From contig DAIEKJ010000002.1 of NCBI GenBank assembly GCA_027350645.1, positions 1 through 38,123 of the forward strand: a DNA stretch of 38,123 nucleotides, read 5' to 3'. Positions 8,988-17,609 of this stretch are shown piece after piece. The stretch's first letter is position 1, and each line of letters starts with the position of its first letter. The DNA is from Candidatus Wolfebacteria bacterium. GTDB lineage: Bacteria > Patescibacteriota > Minisyncoccia > UBA6257 > JAGOQP01. The notes beneath the pieces were generated by a model, which did not search any database, was not told the DNA's origin, and saw nothing but the letters and a program-made list of their open reading frames with translations. Both the position numbers and the translations under genes were made by a program.

Positions 8988-9014
8988 AAAAAGGGCCCAA
9001 CCGAAGTTGGGCCC
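8988..9014 (-). terminator. Intrinsic terminator with cUUCGg loop
   Basis: GGGCCCAAC-TTCG-GTTGGGCCC-TTTTT, 9 nt after the stop at 9024. Confidence 0.88.
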
Positions 9015-9023
9015 CAACATGCG

Positions 9024-9581
9024 TCACACAAGACGATACGTCGCAACAGCGAATGCAAATCCGCTATCGCGTCGCCATCTGACCTCCGCCCTTTGGCTGT
9101 AAGCGCTCAACCACCTCCCGTCGCCGCCGCGATGCGCAATCAAGAGATCCGAATCACCATCCGAATCATTGATCGGTTCGTGCATCGTGGCGACAAACCA
9201 CAGACCCATGGTCTTGATTTCTTCATCTGCGAACTTTTCGCGGATGAGGCAAGCCACCTCGGCGGTCGGGGTCAAAAGACCCCTTTGGGCCGCCTCATCG
9301 CGAATGTTTTCCGTAAAACGGTTGCCATCCTCAAAGAGCGCCCCCTTGAGAACGGCAACCCTTGTCGTCACGCCTGTGGTTGACACAAACCGCGGGGAAC
9401 GCAAGAGGTCCCTGGCATATCTCCCCACGCGAAATCCTCCCGCCAACAACCGCTCTACCCACTCCTCCCCAGTCGTTCCATCACTCCTGACTAGGAAGGA
9501 AATGCCGCCAACTCTCTCATGGCACGCAGGCGGGGATGCGGACCGCAAGACGGTCAAACCGCCGGTAGATCTCCCAAACAT
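9024..9581 (-). CDS. Hypothetical protein resembling CPR C-type-lectin-fold / DGR-target-like proteins
   Basis: ATG 9581 with strong SD (AAAGGAG). Motifs GLLTPTAEVACLIRE and HEPINDSDGD...GRWLSAY....RW....GFAF. Family call is from memory. Confidence 0.65.
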   Translation of the reverse strand: MFGRSTGGLTVLRSASPPACHERVGGISFLVRSDGTTGEEWVERLLAGGFRVGRYARDLLRSPRFVSTTGVTTRVAVLKGALFEDGNRFTENIRDEAAQRGLLTPTAEVACLIREKFADEEIKTMGLWFVATMHEPINDSDGDSDLLIAHRGGDGRWLSAYSQRAEVRWRRDSGFAFAVATYRLV

Positions 9582-9756
9582 GGCTCTCTCTCCTTTCTTA
9601 CTCGCTTCAACGAGCAAAGGGCAAAATATCGTCCCCTTAAATTGAATCAAAGTGCTATCCTTAAAGATTAAGGCATATTATTATTAATGTGTCAATGTGT
9701 CGCAAGGCACCCATCGACAAGCGTTCTCTTAACCTCCCCCGACTTTCCTTTGCGCC

Positions 9757-10392
9757 TCACATCAAAAAATGCGCGATCCAATAGACAATCGGCACGATGA
9801 GCTGAAATCCGAAGAAGATAAAGATCAAAAGCAAAATCATCCCATACCGCTCTAGAGACAAAAATGCGGCGGCCGCGCGGTTGGGCAGGAACGCAGCGAG
9901 CACCTTTGAGCCGTCCAGCGGCGGAATCGGCACCAGATTAAAAATGCCCAGAAAGACATTGATCAATACCACTAGTTGCAAAAGTTCCTGCTGCACGAAC
10001 GAAAGAGTGAATGCGCGAACGAGAAAAAGGCATCCGGACGCAAAGAGCGCAATGAGAAAATTGGCCACAGGTCCGGCAAGCGCAATCATCCCTCCGCCGA
10101 CCTTCGGATTTTTTAGATTGTACGGGTTGTACGGCACCGGCTTTGCCCATCCAAAAATAGGCGTCGATCCTGGGGGAGCGCCAAACAGCGATGGTAAAAT
10201 AAAAAGAAACAACGGGACGAGAAACGACCCCATGAGATCAAGATGCGGCAACGGATTGAGCGTCAGACGGCGCGCGTCCTTGGCGGTTGTATCCCCCAAC
10301 GCATAGGCAACCGCGCCATGCGAAACCTCATGCAGAATTACGGAGAAGAGCAGAACAATCAGTTCAAAAATAATAAAAACGATTTGATTCAT
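9757..10392 (-). CDS. Site-2 protease (peptidase M50), small PDZ-less type
   Basis: HEVSH, AGPVAN, NLVPIPPLDG. Promoter TTGCAT-N16-TATACT (10433-10406). Confidence 0.95.
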   Translation of the reverse strand: MNQIVFIIFELIVLLFSVILHEVSHGAVAYALGDTTAKDARRLTLNPLPHLDLMGSFLVPLFLFILPSLFGAPPGSTPIFGWAKPVPYNPYNLKNPKVGGGMIALAGPVANFLIALFASGCLFLVRAFTLSFVQQELLQLVVLINVFLGIFNLVPIPPLDGSKVLAAFLPNRAAAAFLSLERYGMILLLIFIFFGFQLIVPIVYWIAHFLM

Positions 10393-10437
10393 ATTGTGTG
10401 ACGCCAGTATACCCGCGGGCGCGATAAATGCAATAAA

Positions 10438-11727
10438 CTATTTGGGAGATGTCGTGGCCGACGACGATGACGCGGCGCCCGCCGGACCAGTGTCGGAAAT
10501 GATAGCCGCCGCCTGCGTAGCGCTCAAAAACGACTGAGGAATGGCGATGGAGAGCGGACTCCCCCAATTTCCAAACAGTATCGATATGGACGAGATACCG
10601 ACCGTAACGCCATCGGCAGACTGCGCGATGTCGGCACGACTCAAACTGACCGGCTCGAGGGTTTGTTTGTTAACAAGAAAATCCCACTGGCCGTCAAGCA
10701 CCGTTTCCCAGTGCGTAAACCCGGCAGAAGCAAGACAAGACGCCAACGATGGATCGGCGCGCACCGCCGCAGTCCCGTCGATTGTCACCTTAAAGTGATG
10801 TACCGGCACGCCGTTTTCTTGCTCACTATTCATGCGCTCGATATTGGTAACCACCCCTGGTTGAGATAAAAACGAAAACACATTTCCGCCTTGTCCTCCA
10901 AGCGCCAAACGACACGAGAATAAATCACTCCACAGACCCCGCGGTCCCACAAAAGGAACTTGCGAGAGATCGCCCACCGATCCGATGCCAATCCAGCGTT
11001 GCGCTAAACGATCCAGAGCGGCCTGCCATTGCGTGGAAGAAGCAGCAACCGCATTCACCTGCACGAAGGACCCTCCGGTATCGGGGAGGATAATATTTGC
11101 CTGCCACCGCGGCAACGCTTCTTGCGGCCCGCGCGCGTCAATACTGTATGAAAGAGCGCTGGTATCAGCTGTCGTGCGGGCAAATGATCCGTCAACGGTA
11201 AATACCGCTTCGGGAATTGGGAGCACGAGCCGTTTGAAAAGATCCGTTTCTTGATAGTTGATCACCACGGGTCCTTGGGCCACCAGATGGTATGCATACG
11301 AAGGAGCCTGGGCGCCGATACGCAATGCGCGGCCGATGATAACACCGGTGGCATTGTTGTAAATAGCATACCCGACGACAATCGCGGCAAACGCCGTAAG
11401 AATGCCCGCAATCCATATAAGCGCCTTATGCTCATACGTTCTGACCAACTCGGAAGCCACCTCAAACTTGGTGCGCGGAGATTCGAGAGGGCCCATTTCC
11501 TCCGCCACGCGCCGCGCGCCATCCTGCGATGGCGCATGACTGGTGGCCAACGGAGACTTGCCGGAAAACTCTTCCGATACTTCCCCGTTGCGAAGCAATT
11601 GAGCAAACCCGCCTTCAATATCGCGGTATTTCCAACCGGAAAAGATTAAATTACTCACGATGGTCTCGCGGCTTTTCTTCTCCGCCACTTCTTTGCGAAT
11701 AAGATCCAACAGTTCTTCTTGCGCCAT
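10438..11727 (-). CDS. Single-pass membrane protein with large beta-rich extracytoplasmic domain
   Basis: ATG 11727 after TGTTATACT (11748-40). Helical N-terminal domain with GW motif, one TM (LIWIAGILTAFAAIVVGYAIY), Ser/Thr tail. Confidence 0.75.
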   Translation of the reverse strand: MAQEELLDLIRKEVAEKKSRETIVSNLIFSGWKYRDIEGGFAQLLRNGEVSEEFSGKSPLATSHAPSQDGARRVAEEMGPLESPRTKFEVASELVRTYEHKALIWIAGILTAFAAIVVGYAIYNNATGVIIGRALRIGAQAPSYAYHLVAQGPVVINYQETDLFKRLVLPIPEAVFTVDGSFARTTADTSALSYSIDARGPQEALPRWQANIILPDTGGSFVQVNAVAASSTQWQAALDRLAQRWIGIGSVGDLSQVPFVGPRGLWSDLFSCRLALGGQGGNVFSFLSQPGVVTNIERMNSEQENGVPVHHFKVTIDGTAAVRADPSLASCLASAGFTHWETVLDGQWDFLVNKQTLEPVSLSRADIAQSADGVTVGISSISILFGNWGSPLSIAIPQSFLSATQAAAIISDTGPAGAASSSSATTSPK

Positions 11728-11879
11728 AGTAATGTTGCCAGTATAACAAAAAAAAGCGTCCGGCGCGATGCCATTTTGAAAACCGCTCAAAACACGGCAC
11801 CTTCGTTATCAAAACCAAACCGCGGGTCCGGCAAACCGGACGCCGCGCGCGTTTATATCCGCACCCTACCATTTCTGTG

Positions 11880-11950
11880 TCGGGCCAGGCGGAATTGAAC
11901 CGCCGCCGCACCCACCCCAAGGGTGTATACTGCCGCTATACGATGGCCCG
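11880..11950 (-). tRNA. tRNA-Pro (anticodon GGG), CCA not encoded
   Basis: Acceptor CGGGCCA/TGGCCCG plus A73, anticodon arm CACCC-TTGGGGT-GGGTG, T arm GGCGG-TTCAATT-CCGCC. Confidence 0.95.
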
Positions 11951-12000
11951 GGTTACCAACGCATCTACACTATCAACTTGCCGGATAAAAAACAAGAAAC

Positions 12001-12033
12001 AAAAAATCCGCGCGTGGCGGAGCGGACTTTTTT
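12001..12033 (-). terminator. Probable terminator after rpmB
   Basis: GC-rich inverted repeat TCCGC...GCGGA flanked by A6/T6 tracts. Confidence 0.6.
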
Positions 12034-12044
12034 AAACGCCACAC

Positions 12045-12233
12045 CTATGCGGCAACGTTAGAAAGTTTCTTGATGCACGACGTGCACGCCAAAACCCGGA
12101 CCCCTTTGGCGTCTTTTGTTTTTTGGAGATTGGGGTACTTGCGCGAGCGAGATACTGGATTATATTTTCCGCGCAGTTTCACTCGATGCCCCATGATCGC
12201 CGAACCTTTTCCGCAAATTTCACACTTTTTCAT
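12045..12233 (-). CDS. rpmB: 50S ribosomal protein L28 (4-Cys zinc-binding form)
   Basis: MKKCEICGK...RKYPNLQ...ACTSCIK. ATG 12233. Confidence 0.9.
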   Translation of the reverse strand: MKKCEICGKGSAIMGHRVKLRGKYNPVSRSRKYPNLQKTKDAKGVRVLACTSCIKKLSNVAA

Positions 12234-12325
12234 AGACGATGGCAAACGACCGACGACTAACAACAAAAAAGAGTTGCCTGATTCTTGTGTTCGTTGTGGG
12301 TTGTAAGTTATTTATTGCACGTTAA

Positions 12326-12456
12326 GAGCCCCACATTGGAAAGATATTCCCGGCGTCATGCCAGGTGGGTGGGCTCAGCCCGATGCCCGCAGGCAGGGGG
12401 CGCTTTGCCCTCCCAAAATGAAACGATTAATCCGAAAAATCTTTCCGGCAGGGCTC
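12326..12456 (-). ncRNA. ssrS: Compact 6S-like RNA (~131 nt)
   Basis: Closing stems GAGCCC/GGGCTC and GGAAAGAT/ATCTTTCC, central bubble flanked by TTTGGGAG and CCCACCTG...CGGG, own promoter, downstream of aspS (B. subtilis 6S-1 also follows aspS). Confidence 0.7.
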
Positions 12457-12462
12457 AAAGCA

Positions 12463-12491
12463 ACAGTACCAGATACAAATCAAAAAGTCAA
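12463..12491 (-). promoter_or_regulatory. sigma70 promoter for the 6S-like RNA
   Basis: TTGACT(12491-86)-N17-TACTGT(12468-63). Predicted +1 falls at the first base of the terminal stem. Confidence 0.7.
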
Positions 12492-12518
12492 AGCGCCAAC
12501 CGCGAGGATATATGCGGC

Positions 12519-13112
12519 CTATTCGTTGATGTTGTCTAAATTAATGTCGTACAAAATGCGCTCGCGAAGATTTTTATAGTCGACAACTTCTTCGGGCTTG
12601 AACCATACGTCCGTTTCGTATTCCGCTTCCTGCACGTTTGACGACGCGTGCACTAAGTTGCGCACCGCGCGATCGTCCGTGTCGGCAATCAGATATGAAT
12701 CAACCGTGTAGTCGCCGCGAATCGTTCCCATCGCCGACTGCAATGGTTCGGTTGATCCCACCAGTTTGCGCGTGATAGCAATCGCCTGGTGGCCCTGCAA
12801 CACCATCGCCACCACCGGTCCCGAAGATAAAAATCGCACCATCCGATCGATAATCTTTGCTCCCAACTCTGCAGGATCTTCATCAACCACCGCGCCCCCT
12901 TTCCGCTTCCCCTCGATGGATCGCCGCCCCAATGCGGTAATCTCCTCTTTGTTCTTCACGTAGTGGGTGTACACCTGCTCTTTGGTGGGAATCACAAACT
13001 TAAGCGCGACGATTTTAAGACCCACGCGCTCAAACCGATTAATGATGTCGCCGATGAGATTGCGCTGGACCGCGTCCGGCTTGAGCAATACCAATGTTTT
13101 TTCTTTAGTCAT
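12519..13112 (-). CDS. ndk: Nucleoside diphosphate kinase
   Basis: TLVLLKPDAVQR, SGPVVAMV, GTIRGD, RNLVHASS (catalytic His). Overlaps the aspS stop. Confidence 0.95.
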   Translation of the reverse strand: MTKEKTLVLLKPDAVQRNLIGDIINRFERVGLKIVALKFVIPTKEQVYTHYVKNKEEITALGRRSIEGKRKGGAVVDEDPAELGAKIIDRMVRFLSSGPVVAMVLQGHQAIAITRKLVGSTEPLQSAMGTIRGDYTVDSYLIADTDDRAVRNLVHASSNVQEAEYETDVWFKPEEVVDYKNLRERILYDINLDNINE

Positions 13113-14544
13113 GTTTTATTTCTTTTTTAACATCAATGTGTAATTCACCCAACTGTTTCTCTTCCAATTCCGAGGGGGCGTCCATCATCAGGTCACGCGC
13201 GTCGCCGGTCTTTGGAAAGGCGATCACTTCGCGGATATTGGGCTCGTTGAGCAGAAGCGCTAGGAGACGATCCAATCCCCAGGCAATACCCCCATGCGGC
13301 GGGGCGCCGGATGCAAGAGCCGCCAGCATATGTCCGAAGTTCTTTTCGATCCGCTCGTCGGAAAAACCCATAATTTCAAATACTTTCTTGAGCGCTTCGG
13401 GACGATGGTTGCGGATGCTCCCGCCGCCGATTTCAAATCCATTGAGGGCCACATCGTACTGCGTCGTCAGAATCTGGCCAATGCGCTCCTTGTTCATCAG
13501 CCACGGCATATGTTCTGCCTGCGGCGCGGAAAACGGGTTGTGGGTAAAGGTCCACTCCTCCGCCGCCGCTCCGGAGCGCGCGGCATCCTTCTGTTCAACT
13601 TTTTCAAAAAATGGAAAATCAATGACCCAGCAAAACGCCAAAAGGTTTTTGTCTTCTTTGTCTTCCCGCATATCCGGACGATCCGTGCCGTATTTTTCCA
13701 TCGCTTGGGCGTACGTCAGGCGCGGAAACGGAACCTGCTGAATTTTTTTCTCCGGAAAAAGCCCGCCAACCAATGCAATGAGCAATGCTTCGTTGAGCGC
13801 CATCACATCCTCGCGATCAACAAACGACATCTCCAGATCCATCTGCGTAAACTCGGGCTGGCGGTCGCCGCGCGTATCTTCATCGCGAAAACAGCGGGCA
13901 ATCTGAAAATAGTTCTCAACTCCCGCGGCCATCAAAAGCTGTTTGTACTGCTGGGGCGACTGCGGCAAAGCAAAAAACTTCCCAGCGTACAATCGCGACG
14001 GCACCACATAATCCCGGGCGCCCTCGGGCGTTGATTTGGTAATAATCGGCGTTTCCACTTCATAAAATCCCCGCGCGTCCAGATAATCGCGGATATATTT
14101 GATCACCTTGTGCCGCAGGGCCAGATTGCGCGCCAGACGCGCCCGGCGCAAATCAACGTATCGCGCCCGCAGGCGGACGTCTTCGCCGATTTGGTAGCCA
14201 TCTCCGCTGATTTCAAAGGGAGGCGTCTGCGCTTCGTTGAGCACCTCGATTTTTTTGATTTCAATCTCGACGGCCCCGGTGGGAATGTTTTTGTTAATCA
14301 AATGCTCTGGGCGATTTTTGACCAGTCCGGTAATTTTTACCACCCACTCACCCCGCACTTTCTGTGCCTGCGCATAAACATCTTCTCCCGACCAGGGACC
14401 GCACACTGCCTGGCATATGCCACTCCGGTCGCGCACATCCAAAAAAATCACCTTGCCGTGATCGCGGCGCACGTCGATCCACCCGTACAACTCAACATCC
14501 GATCCGGCCATGAGGGCGGTATCGGCAATCCACGTCTGTTTCAT
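13105..14544 (-). CDS. aspS: Aspartate--tRNA ligase, compact (no GAD insertion), possibly non-discriminating
   Basis: RRDHG..FLDVRD, PEGARDY, ALPQSPQQYKQ, CFRDED.RGDRQPEFTQ, GAPPHGGIAWGLDR. 479 aa. Confidence 0.96.
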   Translation of the reverse strand: MKQTWIADTALMAGSDVELYGWIDVRRDHGKVIFLDVRDRSGICQAVCGPWSGEDVYAQAQKVRGEWVVKITGLVKNRPEHLINKNIPTGAVEIEIKKIEVLNEAQTPPFEISGDGYQIGEDVRLRARYVDLRRARLARNLALRHKVIKYIRDYLDARGFYEVETPIITKSTPEGARDYVVPSRLYAGKFFALPQSPQQYKQLLMAAGVENYFQIARCFRDEDTRGDRQPEFTQMDLEMSFVDREDVMALNEALLIALVGGLFPEKKIQQVPFPRLTYAQAMEKYGTDRPDMREDKEDKNLLAFCWVIDFPFFEKVEQKDAARSGAAAEEWTFTHNPFSAPQAEHMPWLMNKERIGQILTTQYDVALNGFEIGGGSIRNHRPEALKKVFEIMGFSDERIEKNFGHMLAALASGAPPHGGIAWGLDRLLALLLNEPNIREVIAFPKTGDARDLMMDAPSELEEKQLGELHIDVKKEIKHD

Positions 14545-14621
14545 ATTAAAAATATCCTACCAATAAAAAAGCAACTTCACAATACGATCCCCCTCCCACA
14601 AAAAATTTTGAACACTCCCCA

Positions 14622-14655
14622 TGTCAAGTATCTCACGATCGTGAGATACTTGACA
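14622..14655. repeat. Perfect 34-bp palindrome with no spacer
   Basis: TGTCAAGTATCTCACGA|TCGTGAGATACTTGACA. Confidence 0.95.
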
Positions 14656-14669
14656 CCCCCTCATTCTTT

Positions 14670-15512
14670 CTATTGTTCTTGATGCGCACCCAGAACCCGC
14701 AATCCGTCGGCATCTCGCGCAATCCGGATTATGCCGTTCTGATCCGTGCGGAATATGCGCGCGCCCACATCGGCTAAACGCGCCAGCACTTCCTGCGTCG
14801 GATGGCCGTATGAGTTTTTACCAACCTCGATCACCGCCACTAACGGTCTGATTGTTTCAAGAAAGCGTATCGACGATGAATACTTTGATCCGTGATGCGC
14901 CACTTTAAGGATATCAACCGTCGAAGAGACAGCCGCAACCACCGCACGCTCGACTTTTTCAGTAATGTCCCCCGCATACAACGCCGTCGTTGTTCCGTTT
15001 GAAAAAAACAGAACCAAAGATTGATCATTCTGATCCGACGGCGCGATACCCGCCGGCGGCCAGACAACACGAAAAACATTCTTTTCCTGACGCACGACAT
15101 CGCCCGCGGTAACAACAAACGCCGGAATCTTCCGAGTCGCAAGCTCAGCAGAAAATGAACTCCAAAGCTCGTTGCGCTCGCCGTTCCACACCACCGCTCC
15201 CACGTCGTATCGCCTGATCACATCAAACAATCCGCCCAAATGATCCTGCTGAGGATGGGACACGAACACCACGTCGATCCGGCGCTTCAGAAACGGGAGA
15301 ATATTTGCCAGCGCATCGGCGGCTAACTCATTTTTCCCTCCGTCGATCATCCACGCCGCCCGCCCCGTGCGGACAACTTCGGCATCGCCCTGCCCAACGT
15401 CAAGAAAATAAAAATCGCCATCCCCCGACATCGCTCCGCTCATAACCCCTCCCCACACAAACAGATTGGCGGCACACAACATCCCAACGACGGTCATAAT
15501 CAATTTAGACAT
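14670..15512 (-). CDS. ComEC-type metallo-beta-lactamase-fold nuclease domain (stand-alone)
   Basis: FLDVGQGDA, SHPQQDHLGG, NDQSLV, AGDI, KVAHHGSK, NSYGHP. N-terminal membrane anchor. Confidence 0.93.
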   Translation of the reverse strand: MSKLIMTVVGMLCAANLFVWGGVMSGAMSGDGDFYFLDVGQGDAEVVRTGRAAWMIDGGKNELAADALANILPFLKRRIDVVFVSHPQQDHLGGLFDVIRRYDVGAVVWNGERNELWSSFSAELATRKIPAFVVTAGDVVRQEKNVFRVVWPPAGIAPSDQNDQSLVLFFSNGTTTALYAGDITEKVERAVVAAVSSTVDILKVAHHGSKYSSSIRFLETIRPLVAVIEVGKNSYGHPTQEVLARLADVGARIFRTDQNGIIRIARDADGLRVLGAHQEQ

Positions 15513-16950
15513 AGTGTATTATCGCCTCTTCATTTTGAGAAGGAAACGCCCGCACCGCCAAGAGTAGTATGCCGTAGTAAACCACCGTCGCATACCATGG
15601 GAACCGCACCTGAGCCAGCGGCAACGATCCAAAAAAGAGAATAAGGTGCGTCTGAAACCACAAAATAACGTGCGGAATAATGGCCAGCACCGACGCGGCC
15701 GGAAACCATGCCAGCCCAACGCATCCGACCGCAAAAACCAGCGCCATCGCCAGAGGCATGACGAGTAAAATAGGAACATTGGCCGCAACGCTCACCAACG
15801 AAAACCCATTAAAGACAGCAAGCAACACCGGTAATACCGCCATCTGCGCTCCGATCGTCTGCGCCAGCGTATTCCACGCTTCGCGTGCGATCGGATGCCG
15901 TTCCTTGGAAATCGTAACCATTGAAAAAATTCGCGGAGCAATAATCATAATCCCAAAAAATGAAAGAAAAGACAGGATAAACCCAAGATCAAACATTAGA
16001 ACAAACGGATTTACCACCACCATAACGAACGCCACCGCCGCGGCGCTGTGCCAAAAATCATAGAGCCGCGACGCATATTGCGCAATAAGCGCCAGCGCTC
16101 CCATCAGCGCGGCGCGCACCACTGAACTTTCCGCGCCCGTCATAAGAACGAATACCAGCACAAGTGCGCACGATCCCCAAAATTGCCCGTGCCGTCGGAA
16201 CAAAAAACCAAGCAAAAACGAAACGGCGCTAATCATGATCATTATGTTATACCCAGACAATGCCACAATGTGCGTTGTCCCGCTTGCCCGCATAGCCTCT
16301 TTAAATGATGCCGAAAATGATGCGCTTTGCTGGCCCAATACGATTCCCGCCGCCAGCGCCGCTTCGTCGGGAGGGAAAATACGCGCATACACGCCCGAAA
16401 GCGCATCGGAAATTTTATAGAGCGCGCCACGCGCCGACCATCCGGCCGGTACGCGCTTTTCGATAGATGGAAATGCCAGCGTTCCGGCAACGCGGTCTTT
16501 TTTCAGATACTGCGTCGTACTAGAAAGCGGCTCGACCGATCCAGAAAGCATCAGGGCATCGCCATAGGTCACTGCCTGAAATGGACCCACAACCACATTC
16601 ACCCGCGCCCCCGTGTCGGTCTTGAGCACAAACTGTCGCACCGTCGAAGAAAGCCGCGGGTGGGAAGCGACGGTTCCCGAAAGCATCGTCGGAATCCGAT
16701 ACACGGGAGCGTGGGCATATACCCGCATCAGGCGCGCGTCATAATAAATCGCGCCGGCACACGCAAACCACACCAGCAAAGCAATCCATCGCCACGCAGG
16801 ACGCAAAAGAACGACCGCAATCAAAAACACCGCACATGATGCGGCGCCAGAAAACAAGATCACCCCGACAAATCCCGCACCGGCGCTTGCCAGACCGACG
16901 CCAGTAAGAAAAAAGATAAAAACAAAAAATATTTTTTGTGAAAACGGCAT
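15505..16950 (-). CDS. comEC: ComEC/Rec2 DNA-uptake channel (OB plus competence domains)
   Basis: SGTTHIVALSGYN, SVVRAALM, DLGFILSF, many TM helices. ATG 16950 (GTG 16959 possible). Confidence 0.94.
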   Translation of the reverse strand: MPFSQKIFFVFIFFLTGVGLASAGAGFVGVILFSGAASCAVFLIAVVLLRPAWRWIALLVWFACAGAIYYDARLMRVYAHAPVYRIPTMLSGTVASHPRLSSTVRQFVLKTDTGARVNVVVGPFQAVTYGDALMLSGSVEPLSSTTQYLKKDRVAGTLAFPSIEKRVPAGWSARGALYKISDALSGVYARIFPPDEAALAAGIVLGQQSASFSASFKEAMRASGTTHIVALSGYNIMIMISAVSFLLGFLFRRHGQFWGSCALVLVFVLMTGAESSVVRAALMGALALIAQYASRLYDFWHSAAAVAFVMVVVNPFVLMFDLGFILSFLSFFGIMIIAPRIFSMVTISKERHPIAREAWNTLAQTIGAQMAVLPVLLAVFNGFSLVSVAANVPILLVMPLAMALVFAVGCVGLAWFPAASVLAIIPHVILWFQTHLILFFGSLPLAQVRFPWYATVVYYGILLLAVRAFPSQNEEAIIHYV

Positions 16951-16971
16951 ACGACGCACACAATCAAAACA

Positions 16972-17568
16972 TTACGTCCCCTGGCATCCGGCGCTGACGT
17001 TTCTGATATAATTTGGATCTCCGTATGGGAAAAGATCGTCGGCAGTGCCATAAAGACCGTCCGCCCCGGCGCTACGCAGGGTGTCGGGCGAGCACGCGCC
17101 ACTCTCCCCCTCGTTCTCATCGAGTAAAAACGGCGCGCCATACCCATCGACCACAAAATCATTGAGCGAACCATACACGCTCTGCGCCGCCCCCTCGGCT
17201 TCAAAACGTGAAAGGGTGGTTCGCCACTGCGCGACACAATCCGGATTTTGCGCAACCGGCGTTGATGTCCGGCAAACGCAATCGGAGCATCCCGATCCGG
17301 TTATTTGAATACTCGTCTTACCGCTCAATCCTTTGATGCGCGACAGCGCGTCCCCTGCTTCGCTTATTTTATACTGCGTGGCCTTAGTGCGAGCATCGTT
17401 GAGTATGCGCACGGGATTAAGCGTCATAACAACGCCGCTGGCCAGCAGGGCGAGAATCCCCAGCACCAGCAAAAGCTCAACAAGAGTAAACGACGCCTGT
17501 CCAAAACGCCTCCCTGACCACACAAACGGCGCGTACCTAAGAAGAAACTGTAATGCGCGGTACATCAT
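16972..17568 (-). CDS. Cys-rich type IV pilin / pseudopilin
   Basis: FTLVELLLVLGILALL N-terminal helix, CSDCVC, GspG-like DGYGAPF...SAGADGLYGTADD. Confidence 0.85.
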   Translation of the reverse strand: MMYRALQFLLRYAPFVWSGRRFGQASFTLVELLLVLGILALLASGVVMTLNPVRILNDARTKATQYKISEAGDALSRIKGLSGKTSIQITGSGCSDCVCRTSTPVAQNPDCVAQWRTTLSRFEAEGAAQSVYGSLNDFVVDGYGAPFLLDENEGESGACSPDTLRSAGADGLYGTADDLFPYGDPNYIRNVSAGCQGT

Positions 17569-17609
17569 ATACCATCACCTATCTAACTAACGATTCTTGC
17601 GACACAAAA

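Noticed and set aside
11880..11950. tRNA-Pro as an integration site, or with a UGG anticodon
   Set aside because: No integrase or duplicated tRNA 3' end seen; the 7-nt loop TTGGGGT places GGG at 34-36.
12358..12579. Plus-strand ORFs across the rpmB-ndk gap
   Set aside because: Better explained by the 6S-like RNA and its promoter on the minus strand.
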